A stretch of 64,000 bases of DNA, taken from NCBI GenBank assembly GCA_032128875.1, contig JAVLKG010000003.1, positions 856,974-920,973 of the forward strand. The letters are read 5' to 3'. Both the position numbers and the translations under genes were made by a program. Origin of the DNA: Candidatus Melainabacteria bacterium 17Bon1m (GTDB lineage: Bacteria; Cyanobacteriota; Vampirovibrionia; Obscuribacterales; Obscuribacteraceae). The notes under the pieces are model-generated. The model had not been told where the DNA came from. It was given only the letters and a program-made list of their open reading frames with translations, and ran no database searches. Position 1 is the stretch's first letter; every line of letters begins with the position of its first letter. This document shows positions 36,709-47,930 of this stretch, piece by piece.

Positions 36709-37251
36709 ATGGCACGCAATGACGGTTCCGCACCGGACAAGGGAAACTTCAGCTCAGATGCAAAACCACGCACAGTGGAAGGCAGACTGATTGCTACGGG
36801 ACTGAAATTCGGCGTCGTCATCAGCCGCTTCAATGACTTCATCACTAAGCCTCTGTTAGATGGTTGCCTGGACACCCTGCGTCGTCATGGCGCAGACATT
36901 AGTGATGTAGACGTAATGTGGTGCCCAGGTGCATTCGAGATTCCGCTCGTAGCTAAAAGCGCCGCCGCAACCGAAGCCTACGATGCAATCATTTGCTTGG
37001 GCGCCGTAATTCGTGGAGCAACACCGCACTTCGATCATGTTGCCGGACAGGCTGTTTCCGGCATCGCACGGGTATCTTTGGACACCGGCGTTCCGACAAT
37101 TTTTGGTGTTCTTACTGTAGAGTCTATCGAACAAGCAATTGAGCGCGCTGGCACCAAGGCTGGCAACAAGGGTGGCGAAGCCGCTCTGGCTGCAATTGAA
37201 ATGGTCAACTTGATCTCTTCGATCAAAACTAACCACGCTGTTGCTAAGTAA
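36709..37251 (+). CDS. ribH: 6,7-dimethyl-8-ribityllumazine synthase
   Basis: 'SRFNDFIT', 'PGAFEIP', '[13 protein letters not shown]', 'FGVLT', 'GNKG'. Confidence 0.97.
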   Translation: MARNDGSAPDKGNFSSDAKPRTVEGRLIATGLKFGVVISRFNDFITKPLLDGCLDTLRRHGADISDVDVMWCPGAFEIPLVAKSAAATEAYDAIICLGAVIRGATPHFDHVAGQAVSGIARVSLDTGVPTIFGVLTVESIEQAIERAGTKAGNKGGEAALAAIEMVNLISSIKTNHAVAK

Positions 37252-37259
37252 AAGCGCTT

Positions 37260-38753
37260 TTAGTGCGCTTCTTGTAGTTCGAGAATTTGCGCTTCGCCAA
37301 GCGGATGTTCTTTGAGGAACTGTTCGATCGTGTTTGCGACTTTGAGTGCGTGCAGGAGCGGACCTTCCACTTCGATTTCTCTCAAAAGCAGAGCGCGATG
37401 CATGGGCAGCTTGCTTTGAATCATCTGCGACATTGTCTTTGAAGTGAGGTGGAAGCAGATGCGAGGGCGCTCGTCTTCCGGATCGAAGCGTTCCACTACT
37501 GCTTTGCCTTTTCGCGCCCGCAGTATCCAACCAAGTCCATCCGCATCTTTGATGATGAATCCGATGGTGGTACCGTTGGAGGTGGCACGTTTCAAAAGCC
37601 CTTCGTCGAAATGTTGTGGAATGAATTCTTCGAAGTAGTACGCTGCCAGTCGTTCGGTAAACTTGAAGAGCTTGCGTTTTTCCTTGTCCTGAGGCACGCC
37701 CCAACCAGTCAGCTCCGCTTTCTGCGCGACATTGTGGAAATACTGATTGTCGATTCTTGCACGTGGAATGCCATATCTTCCTGCGACTTCGAATAAATTT
37801 CTCGTCTTAACCTGCAAATTGTCGTTGAGCATTTTGCGCAAAACGCCTGGCAGGTTGAGTGAATCTCTTTCGCTCTCCAGTACAGCATTGAAGCCGATCT
37901 CTGTAGCTAATGCCGAGAGCCACTCTCTGTTCAAAGTTGCTTCGGTAGAAACCAGATTGAGAACGCGCGGTCTCGATTCGTCTTCCAAGTAACGGCAGAA
38001 GGTGTTCACCACTTGATCCGATGGCGAGAACCAGAGCGTGTAGTCTGGATTGTAAGAAACCCTGAGGTCGTTGTTATTGCTGTTCTTTGATTCGTAGTGT
38101 TTGTGAACCAGCGCCAACTCTCTTATCAATGTGAGAGGTCCTGAATAGTTCACGAAATCTGCAGATTGAGAATCAGGAGATATCAGAGGAAGGCGAATCA
38201 AATACCAGGGCGCTTCAGACTTGTCGAGCGCTTCCATGACTTTGTTTTCGTATTGCTGGCAAATGCTTTCGAAGTGGCTTGTTGGCTTGCGGCGCTCGAA
38301 TTCGCATTCTTCCGGAACAACGCCGTCTGTTTGTACACCTCCCCAGATAGAGGAAACAATAAAGATTGGTTGTTCCTTGAAATACTTAAGGAGCGCTGGC
38401 AATTCTGTGGCTGCCCATGGAGCTCTCGGCACTCTCGGTTCGTCGAAATTCGGAGGTAAGCCGCAGAAAATTACGGCATCATATGCGGTGCTTTGCTTGG
38501 CGCCTTCTGCCTGATCGATAAATTTGATTCTGTCCTGGAACATGCGGAAACGTTCGCGCCCGCCAAAGGCTTGTTCCAATGCGCCTCGCGCTGAAGAGCG
38601 CAGATCTAGTGGCGACAAGCTGAAAAGATTGAGCGAAGACTTGGTTGGAATGTGGACAGTCCAGCCGCGTGTGACAAGGGTAGCCGCCAGCGGTCCAGAA
38701 AAGCTGGATACAGGTCCCCAGATGTAAGCTGTTTTGTGTGTCGGTAGGGTCAT
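37260..38753 (-). CDS. Degenerate extended-SDR (fatty-acyl-reductase-like) domain fused to a C-terminal SCP2 domain
   Basis: Rossmann-like start 'AYIWGPVSSFSGPLAATLVTRG', 'LIRLPLI', 'VLNLVS'; SCP2-like end 'SKTMSQMIQSKL...ALL.REIEVEGPL..ALKV'. Confidence 0.6.
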   Translation of the reverse strand: MTLPTHKTAYIWGPVSSFSGPLAATLVTRGWTVHIPTKSSLNLFSLSPLDLRSSARGALEQAFGGRERFRMFQDRIKFIDQAEGAKQSTAYDAVIFCGLPPNFDEPRVPRAPWAATELPALLKYFKEQPIFIVSSIWGGVQTDGVVPEECEFERRKPTSHFESICQQYENKVMEALDKSEAPWYLIRLPLISPDSQSADFVNYSGPLTLIRELALVHKHYESKNSNNNDLRVSYNPDYTLWFSPSDQVVNTFCRYLEDESRPRVLNLVSTEATLNREWLSALATEIGFNAVLESERDSLNLPGVLRKMLNDNLQVKTRNLFEVAGRYGIPRARIDNQYFHNVAQKAELTGWGVPQDKEKRKLFKFTERLAAYYFEEFIPQHFDEGLLKRATSNGTTIGFIIKDADGLGWILRARKGKAVVERFDPEDERPRICFHLTSKTMSQMIQSKLPMHRALLLREIEVEGPLLHALKVANTIEQFLKEHPLGEAQILELQEAH

Positions 38754-38896
38754 ATGTTGAATCGATAGTTACCGGCAGTCCACTTGATTGGGTGGGCAGC
38801 TAGAAATTGCAGCATAAATGGTAGCAATTAATGGCTATGGCTTGCCAGCTTGTTAAGCCTTTGCCGCTGCTTGACTAATTGTTTGAGAATTAGTTC

Positions 38897-39778
38897 CTAC
38901 CTTGGCAACGGGTTGGAGAAGTCCATCCCTGCCTCTACTACCATGGTTCCGGCGAATTCATCGCCTTTCCTCAAGCTGTCAGGTCGTTTCCAGGCTCTAT
39001 AACATTCCATCGGCAGCACAACCGCCACATAAATCATGCCGACAATCTGAATCAGGCCAGTAATCGAGTCATGCACCATCTTGTGCGCAGTTTGCCACCA
39101 GGGCAAAGGTAAATTCGCCAGCTGCAGCAGATCTAGAACCACTTTGACTATCAAAAGAACAACGTATGGCGCGCACAGAATGATATTGCGCTTGAACGAC
39201 TGAACCAATGTGCACGGTCGACCTGTCCTTGCATCTACCACTTGCAATCCCATCAAGTTCTTGCCGAAGCCACGACCGCTAAAAAGGCAGTCTCTGAAAA
39301 GCAAAACCAGCGGCATCGCGAAAGACGTGTTGAAAAACTGATTTATGAACGGGATGAATGTCATGGGTACGGACAAAATCACGCCGATAAAATAGGCGCA
39401 TACAAAATCGATGAGCAAAGCCCCGGCGCGTTTGCCTGGCTCAATGCGAACAGCGGATCCACTTTCCGACTCGCCTTGATCTTGATACTGCCCTTGTCCC
39501 TGTCCCTGCCACTGGTTTTGTTGCTGCCCTTGCCACTGGCCTTGTTGCTGACCCTGCCATTGCTGACCTTGTCCCTGCTGACCTTGCCATTGCCCCTGAC
39601 CCTGGTTCGGCATACCTTGCTGATTGGGGAATTGACCAGGATATTGACTTTCGTCCTGCTGATAATTCTCGTTGCCGTAGCCGCGATTTGCCGGCGGGCG
39701 CTGCCCCGGCTGTGGTCGGCCCATAGGTCTACCCGGCTGCTTCTCAGGACCTCCTCCTCGGTTGCCAAAGGATTTCAT
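38897..39778 (-). CDS. RDD-family membrane protein with a Gln/Gly-rich N-terminus
   Basis: 'KRAGALLID', 'GRGFGKNLMGLQVVD', 'RKGDEFAGTMVV'; QGQWQGQQ repeats at ~39480-39605. Confidence 0.9.
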   Translation of the reverse strand: MKSFGNRGGGPEKQPGRPMGRPQPGQRPPANRGYGNENYQQDESQYPGQFPNQQGMPNQGQGQWQGQQGQGQQWQGQQQGQWQGQQQNQWQGQGQGQYQDQGESESGSAVRIEPGKRAGALLIDFVCAYFIGVILSVPMTFIPFINQFFNTSFAMPLVLLFRDCLFSGRGFGKNLMGLQVVDARTGRPCTLVQSFKRNIILCAPYVVLLIVKVVLDLLQLANLPLPWWQTAHKMVHDSITGLIQIVGMIYVAVVLPMECYRAWKRPDSLRKGDEFAGTMVVEAGMDFSNPLPR

Positions 39779-40091
39779 TTGTACGGTCCTTCCTTTTGGG
39801 TGTTGCTGAGACCTGGCAGTCTTAAGCGTGTAGCGCCTTTCCGGCTTTTCTAATAATACCTAGTTCCGGCACCGTTCTGGCGAATGTGGAGACCAGCATT
39901 GAAACTACCCTCTCTTGGTATCTATACCCGTATTTAATAGTCTGATTCAGCATTCTCGTAAGAAGCTTTTGAGGAAATTGAACAAATAGTGATAGGTTCA
40001 AGGTTCGGGCTTCATGAAATGTACGATTTAACTGTCTCACCGAGTTCTAACAACTGCGGCGGGGCTGCATTTACTTGAGAGGATCGCTGAA

Positions 40092-41285
40092 ATGGTTGAG
40101 ACAGTAATCGTAGACGGTTTGCGCACCCCATTCGGAAAGTTGGGTGGAGGATTGAGCACAGTGTCGGCAGTGGATCTTGCCGCCAACCTGATTGCAGAGC
40201 TGGTCAAGCGCAACAAAATCAAAGGCGAAGCCGTTGACGAAGTCATCCTCGGTCAGGTTGTTCAAGCCGGCTGCGGACAGATTCCCTCGCGCCAGGCTCT
40301 TTTGAAAGCTGGTTTGCCCAACACTTGCGAATCAACAACCATCAATAAGGTCTGCGCATCCGGCATGCGCGCAGTCACCCTTGGTGATCTGAGAATCCGC
40401 GCCAATGACGGCGAAATCATCATCGCCGGCGGCATGGAGTCGATGAGCCAAGCTCCATACTTTGTAGACGCGAATGCGGCCCGCTTCGGCAAGCGCATGG
40501 GTCACGTTCAGTTCCAAGACTCCATGATTCATGATGGTTTGGAGTGCCCGGTACAAAATGTCCACATGGCAGTGCATGGTGCAAAGGTTGCCGAAGAGTT
40601 TGGAATTACTCGTGAAGATCAAGATGCCTGGGCACTGAGAAGTCACTTGAAGTCGCTGGAGGCAATCAAAGAAGGTCGTTTCAACGACGAAATTTTGCCT
40701 GTGTCAGTCAAAAAAGGCAAAGAAGAAAAGAGCATTGCTGCCGATGAAGGCCCGCGTGCCGACACCAATTTGGAAGCACTGGCGAAATTGAAGCCGGTCT
40801 TCTATGACAAGGGAACAGTCACTGCTGGTAATGCTCCCGGCGTTAACGATGGTGCTGCCGTTCTTCTCATCATGAGCGCAGACAAGGCTAAAGAGCTTGG
40901 TTTGAAGCCTTTGGCAAAAATCGTTTCGCACGCTTCTATCGGACAAGATGTCCCGTATCTGGCAACAACCCCAGCATTGGCAACAGAGAAGGCATTAAAG
41001 AAAGCCGGTCTGGAAGCCAAAGATCTCGACTTGATGGAAATCAACGAAGCCTTTGCATCGGTCGCTTTGAAGTCCATGCGCATGCTCGGAATTCCGGAAG
41101 AGAAGGTCAATGTTAATGGCGGTGCTATCGCTCTCGGTCACCCGATCGGCGCCAGCGGAGCCCGTATCCTCTTGACTCTGGCAATGGAAATGAAGAAGCG
41201 CGGCGCAAAACTCGGCGCAGCTGCAATCTGCTCAGGCACCGCCCAAGGTGACGCAGTTATCCTTTCCCGCGAAGGTTTGGACTAA
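40092..41285 (+). CDS. Acetyl-CoA C-acetyltransferase (thiolase)
   Basis: 'INKVCASG', 'GGMESMS', 'EINEAFA', 'GGAIALGHPIGASGAR', 'ICSGTAQG'. Confidence 0.96.
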   Translation: MVETVIVDGLRTPFGKLGGGLSTVSAVDLAANLIAELVKRNKIKGEAVDEVILGQVVQAGCGQIPSRQALLKAGLPNTCESTTINKVCASGMRAVTLGDLRIRANDGEIIIAGGMESMSQAPYFVDANAARFGKRMGHVQFQDSMIHDGLECPVQNVHMAVHGAKVAEEFGITREDQDAWALRSHLKSLEAIKEGRFNDEILPVSVKKGKEEKSIAADEGPRADTNLEALAKLKPVFYDKGTVTAGNAPGVNDGAAVLLIMSADKAKELGLKPLAKIVSHASIGQDVPYLATTPALATEKALKKAGLEAKDLDLMEINEAFASVALKSMRMLGIPEEKVNVNGGAIALGHPIGASGARILLTLAMEMKKRGAKLGAAAICSGTAQGDAVILSREGLD

Positions 41286-41298
41286 CATAGGCAACTTG

Positions 41299-41337
41299 AA
41301 ACAGGTATGAATTTCTTGAGAAATTCATACCTGTTTT
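41299..41337 (+). terminator. Intrinsic terminator after the thiolase gene
   Basis: 17-bp perfect stem AAACAGGTATGAATTTC / GAAATTCATACCTGTTT ending in a T-run. Confidence 0.8.
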
Positions 41338-41402
41338 CTCATATCTGGGGCATGAAATTGCTTCCACAGCAAGCGTTTCTATGCGCATGTAGTCATCAGT
41401 GA

Positions 41403-43574
<2,172 letters not shown>

Positions 43575-43580
43575 TACTAG

Positions 43581-44609
43581 TTGGATAGAGTGCATAGAGC
43601 GACGCTTGCATTTACCCTTCTACTCTCTTTTTCCGCCTATCTGGCGGCGCCCTGCGATGCCAAGTCCGAGCGCGGCAAAGGTCACGTTTTGCCGTCCGAA
43701 GCTCAATACGATATCGGCATCAAGAAGTATAAGGAAAAGGACTACGAGGGTGCAGTAGACGCCTTCAAGCAGTCTATTTATTTCGCTCGAAATGAGTACA
43801 TGCCGCAAGCCTGGTACTGGCTGGGTGTGACTTACATGGTCAAATTGGAAGACACCAAGGCGATCGAAGCGCTCAAAAAATACTTAGAGCAAGCCGTCAG
43901 CTCCACATGGGAAGCGCACATTCACCTGGGTCATATTTACTTGCGCAACAATCGTCTCAACGACGCTGAAGACGAGGCTAGGCAGGCTCTGGCAGCGTAT
44001 GCAGGACAGTGCCCGAAAGCTTACAACCTTTATGGATTGGTTGCCAAAGCGCGTAATGATTACGATGGAGCGGTAGGCTGGTTTTTGCAAGCGCTTGGCG
44101 ATAGGCCCTGGAGCTACACTGAAGCGTGGATGAATTATGCCGATATGCTCATGTGGGCAAAACGCTGGCCGGCTGCTATCGAGCAATTCTCACAGATGCT
44201 CGAGAGCGAGAAGACGCTCAAAGGTCTTGATGAGGAAACTCTCTTCACCAGCCGCGGCAAGTGTCTATTGGCGCTGGGCGATCACCAGCGCGCTCTGGAA
44301 GATTTTCATAGAACCCTGAGCATGAATAAAGACAACTCAGAAGCTCACTTGAATCTGGCGATGATGTTTGATCAAGAACGCCACATATCATCAGCGATTA
44401 AAGAATACAAAGAGTTTTGCCGCACTTGCACCGAGCAGAAAAGAACCGCCGCGGTCATGCAGAGAATCGCTATGTTGGAGCATATGCTTACGCCGTCTCA
44501 AGCTGAACCACAGGCTCCGCAGCCGTCACCTTACATGCGCAGACAGCAGCATGAAGAGCAGAAGCAAGAAGAGACTCAACAATTAGCTCCGCACGAATCA
44601 GGCTTTTGA
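43581..44609 (+). CDS. Exported TPR protein
   Basis: Signal peptide; TPRs 'AWYWLGVTY', 'AHIHLGHIY', 'AHLNLAMMF'. Confidence 0.88.
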   Translation: MDRVHRATLAFTLLLSFSAYLAAPCDAKSERGKGHVLPSEAQYDIGIKKYKEKDYEGAVDAFKQSIYFARNEYMPQAWYWLGVTYMVKLEDTKAIEALKKYLEQAVSSTWEAHIHLGHIYLRNNRLNDAEDEARQALAAYAGQCPKAYNLYGLVAKARNDYDGAVGWFLQALGDRPWSYTEAWMNYADMLMWAKRWPAAIEQFSQMLESEKTLKGLDEETLFTSRGKCLLALGDHQRALEDFHRTLSMNKDNSEAHLNLAMMFDQERHISSAIKEYKEFCRTCTEQKRTAAVMQRIAMLEHMLTPSQAEPQAPQPSPYMRRQQHEEQKQEETQQLAPHESGF

Positions 44610-44674
44610 ACACTGCCGGCAATTTGCCGATATCGCTATCTGGAAGTCTACTGTGTAGGCCTTTTGCGCAGCTT

Positions 44675-45184
44675 TTAAAAGCGAAACAGAACGTGCTGGA
44701 ATGATTTCTCTTTTGTGTCGTCTCCGGAAACCCTTATGAGAAGCGAGCCGTCTGTGCGCTTCTCATACTCGATTGATTTCGGGAAATCGTGCATCGGGTT
44801 TTCAAACTTGAATCTTTCCGAGTTCTGCACTTTGTTCGCACTCGTCAATTTGAAATCCGTTTGTGCTTTGCCGCGCGGCTGGGCTACATAGTAGACACCA
44901 TCCTTGCGCTGCTCGATTCGCAGATATTCAAAGAACTCCATCTTGCTGCCATTCAATTCGCGCCCCATTCCGATCATAAAGCCGTCATGAGGCGTCATCC
45001 AATGTTCTTCAAAACTTGGCTTCTCATTCTTCGATTTCCACCTGCCTGAAAGCCACGAAAGCTCGTTAATACTGCGAGTAATCCCGGGCTCGCTCTGATT
45101 GGTTTTTGCTATCGCTACCGACGGCAGGAAAATCGAACCAAGGCTGAACGCGACGACCAAGCGGCAAAGCGTTTTGTTTTTCAT
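44675..45184 (-). CDS. DUF6265-like exported protein
   Basis: 'LSWLSGRW....FEEHW....G.MIG', 'FFEYLRI', 'FENPMHDFPKSIEY'. Confidence 0.8.
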   Translation of the reverse strand: MKNKTLCRLVVAFSLGSIFLPSVAIAKTNQSEPGITRSINELSWLSGRWKSKNEKPSFEEHWMTPHDGFMIGMGRELNGSKMEFFEYLRIEQRKDGVYYVAQPRGKAQTDFKLTSANKVQNSERFKFENPMHDFPKSIEYEKRTDGSLLIRVSGDDTKEKSFQHVLFRF

Positions 45185-45201
45185 TTTATTTTCTATCCGA
45201 A

Positions 45202-45999
45202 CTACTTGCCGGTATAGGCGGGTGTGCGTTTTTCTACAAAAGCTTTTACGCCTTCAGCAAAGTCGTCCGAGCGTCCTGCAATTTCTTGCAGTTGTGCTTC
45301 GTACTCGAGAAGCTCTTCAAGGTCTGAGAACATGGAGCGATTGACGGCGCGCTTGGTGAGAGCAAATGCCTTGGTCGGTCCCTTGGCGAGCTTTTCTGCA
45401 AGTTCGATCGCTTCTTTCATGAGAGCATCTGCGGCAACAATTTTGTTGATTGCTCCGAGCTCCAAAGCTTCCTTCGCTTCCAGTTTGTCGGCTGACAACA
45501 TTAAGTCGAATGCGCGAGTGGCGCCAATCAAGCGCGGCAACAAGAATGTGGCGCCCGAATCCGGAACCAGACCAACTTTGGTGAACGATTGAATGAAGCT
45601 GACACCTTCGGCAACGATGCGGTAATCGCAAGCGAATGCCAACGATGCACCGGCACCAGCAGCGACACCATTGACAGCGGCGATGATCGGTTTTTCCATT
45701 CTACGGATTTTTGTGATAATCGGATTGTAGCGGCGGCGGATCGAATCGCCCAGTGATGGGCGAACGCCTTCTTCGTGACTGATGCTGCGACTTTGCAAAT
45801 CTTGCCCTGCGCAGAATCCACGACCTGCACCGGTGATGACGATTGCCTTGACGTCTTTGGATTTTTCCATCTCTTTCAAGGCGTCTTGCAGTCTGAATGT
45901 CAATTCGTCGGTAAACGAATTCAGCTTGTCGGGGCGGTTCAAAGTGATAATACCGACGCCGTTCTTAATCTCTGTCAAAAGGATTGTTTCTTCAGCCAT
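45202..45999 (-). CDS. paaG: Enoyl-CoA hydratase/isomerase, PaaG-like
   Basis: 'GRGFCAGQDL', 'YNPII', 'VNGVAAGAGASLAFACD', 'GLVPDSG'; clustered with paaK and paaF. Confidence 0.8.
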   Translation of the reverse strand: MAEETILLTEIKNGVGIITLNRPDKLNSFTDELTFRLQDALKEMEKSKDVKAIVITGAGRGFCAGQDLQSRSISHEEGVRPSLGDSIRRRYNPIITKIRRMEKPIIAAVNGVAAGAGASLAFACDYRIVAEGVSFIQSFTKVGLVPDSGATFLLPRLIGATRAFDLMLSADKLEAKEALELGAINKIVAADALMKEAIELAEKLAKGPTKAFALTKRAVNRSMFSDLEELLEYEAQLQEIAGRSDDFAEGVKAFVEKRTPAYTGK

Positions 46000-46097
46000 G
46001 ATCTTTTACTCCAGATCTATTTAGATGTCTGTTTAAAACGAAATTTGAATGCTTGAGTGAAACCGATTCGAGCGTGCGGGAAACGGTTTCAATCGAA

Positions 46098-46880
46098 CTA
46101 GCGTCCGGTGAAGGTCGCCTGGCGTTTTTCAAGAAACGCGCGCATGCCTTCTTTTTGATCTTCGGAAGAGAAGAGCATATAGAAGTTTTTGCGCTCGAAT
46201 TCCAAACCTTCCATGAGTGAGCCGTCGAATGCTTTGAGAATTGCTTCTTTCGCGAGTTTTACAGCTACAGGAGATTTCTTGGCGATTTCTTTTGCCAAGG
46301 CTTTTGCTTCGTCGAGGTAAAGTTCGACTGGAACGACACGGTTGACCAAGCCCATCGCATGAGCTTCGTGGGCGGTGATGGAACGTCCGGTCAAGATGAT
46401 TTCCATTGCTTTATGTTTACCGACAACGCGGGTCAATCTCTGTGTTCCGCCGGCGCCCGGGATAACACCGATGTTGATTTCCGGTTGACCGAATTGAGCT
46501 GTTTCGGAAGCTACGATCATGTCGCAAGTCATTACCAGCTCGCAACCGCCGCCCAGAGCGAATCCGCTGACTGCAGCGATAATCGGTTTTTTTGTGCAAC
46601 GTACTCTGTCCCAAGTGGCAAAACGATCTTTGTTCATGATCGAGATGGTCGTTTCGTCTGACATTTCTTTGATGTCAGCGCCGGCTGCAAATGCGCGTTC
46701 GCTGCCGGTAAGAATGATCACTCGGATATTGTCGTCGCGGTCAAACTCTTCCAACGCCTTTACCAGCTCGTCCATCAAATCATGGCTGAGGGCGTTCAGA
46801 ACGGTCGGGCGGTTTAAGGTCACGATACCGATTTGATCTTCGGTGCTGGTGAGAATGTTCTTGTAGGTGAGGGTCATCAT
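46098..46880 (-). CDS. paaF: Enoyl-CoA hydratase, PaaF-like
   Basis: 'AFAAGADIKEM', 'ALGGGCEL', 'FGQPEINIGVIPGAGGTQRL'. Confidence 0.8.
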   Translation of the reverse strand: MMTLTYKNILTSTEDQIGIVTLNRPTVLNALSHDLMDELVKALEEFDRDDNIRVIILTGSERAFAAGADIKEMSDETTISIMNKDRFATWDRVRCTKKPIIAAVSGFALGGGCELVMTCDMIVASETAQFGQPEINIGVIPGAGGTQRLTRVVGKHKAMEIILTGRSITAHEAHAMGLVNRVVPVELYLDEAKALAKEIAKKSPVAVKLAKEAILKAFDGSLMEGLEFERKNFYMLFSSEDQKEGMRAFLEKRQATFTGR

Positions 46881-46947
46881 CTCTTGCTCCTTCAGTCAGA
46901 GTATGAATCTGTAGTATTCCGGAGGTTAGAAACCACCGGCACGTCTT

Positions 46948-47919
46948 TTAGCCTTTAAGCTTGGTGCCGCAGGCGCCGCAAAATGCGTTTGTCGTTGGCA
47001 TCGGTTCGTTGCAGTTAGGGCATGGCACCGTATCAACGTGTCCGTTGAATGTGCTTGCTTGTCCTGTGGCTTTGCTTCTAATTTGTTGATATGGGATGTC
47101 TTGTTTTCGGCGGAAAGAACGCAGACCTTCTGCTGTCTCTTGAGCTCCGGCGTGCAGAGTGAGCCAGTCTCGAGCATGACCGATGGTCATACCCCAGGAG
47201 AAGTCGCGCCAGAAGTTTAACTGCTGTTTTGTGTAGCGAGTGCACTCCGGCAATTTGTTGTATAGCTTTTGAGCCAGTTCTTCGACCGCTTGATCTAGCA
47301 TAGAAGCAGGCACTACCTGGTTGACCAGACCCCACTCCAGCGCTGTATATGCATCAATAGGTTCGCAAAGCAGCAACATCTCGCGAGCGCGACGGTCGCC
47401 GATTATCAAAGGCAACCATTGCGTGGCGCCACCAGCTGCGACACTGCCGCGTCCGGCACCGACCTGACGTATGGTCACGTGATCTGCAGCTACAGCCAGA
47501 TCGCAAGCCATATTCAGCTCATTACCGCCACCTACTACCATTCCGTTCAACTTAGCAATCGTCGGCTTGCCGATATTGCGAAGACGGTCATGCATCTCTA
47601 TGAATTGGTACATCCATTTGTAGTAGTTGTTAGGCTTCTTGAGGATGTGGTCTTCCTGCTCTTTCAAATCAGCGCCAGTGCAGAAGGCTTTGCTGCCGGC
47701 TCCCGTGATTATCACAACAGCAACGTTGTCGTCTTGCGAGGAATCAACAAAGGCCGTTCCGAGCTCTTTCAATGTCACCGAGTCGAAGCAATTCAATACA
47801 TCGGGGCGATTGATTGTAATCGTGGAGGTGAAACCCGACTTTTGGTAGATGATCCGTTTGAAGCCGAAAGACTCTGGTGGCGCGCCTGTGAAAACGCTGT
47901 CTGCCGTGGATGTCGACAT
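46948..47919 (-). CDS. Crotonase-family C-C hydrolase-like protein (Oah/BamA-, BadI-, MenB-like) with a C-terminal Zn ribbon
   Basis: 'KAFCTGAD', 'VGGGNELNMACD', 'QVGAGRGSVAAGGATQWLP', 'LCEPI', 'PECT'; tail 'CPNC...FCGACG'. Confidence 0.75.
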   Translation of the reverse strand: MSTSTADSVFTGAPPESFGFKRIIYQKSGFTSTITINRPDVLNCFDSVTLKELGTAFVDSSQDDNVAVVIITGAGSKAFCTGADLKEQEDHILKKPNNYYKWMYQFIEMHDRLRNIGKPTIAKLNGMVVGGGNELNMACDLAVAADHVTIRQVGAGRGSVAAGGATQWLPLIIGDRRAREMLLLCEPIDAYTALEWGLVNQVVPASMLDQAVEELAQKLYNKLPECTRYTKQQLNFWRDFSWGMTIGHARDWLTLHAGAQETAEGLRSFRRKQDIPYQQIRSKATGQASTFNGHVDTVPCPNCNEPMPTTNAFCGACGTKLKG

Positions 47920-47930
47920 CTTCTCTCTCC

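Noticed and set aside
46948-47919. menB (naphthoate synthase)
   Set aside because: Lacks the MenB 'FCSGGDQ' and 'GSFDGG' motifs, and no men genes are nearby.
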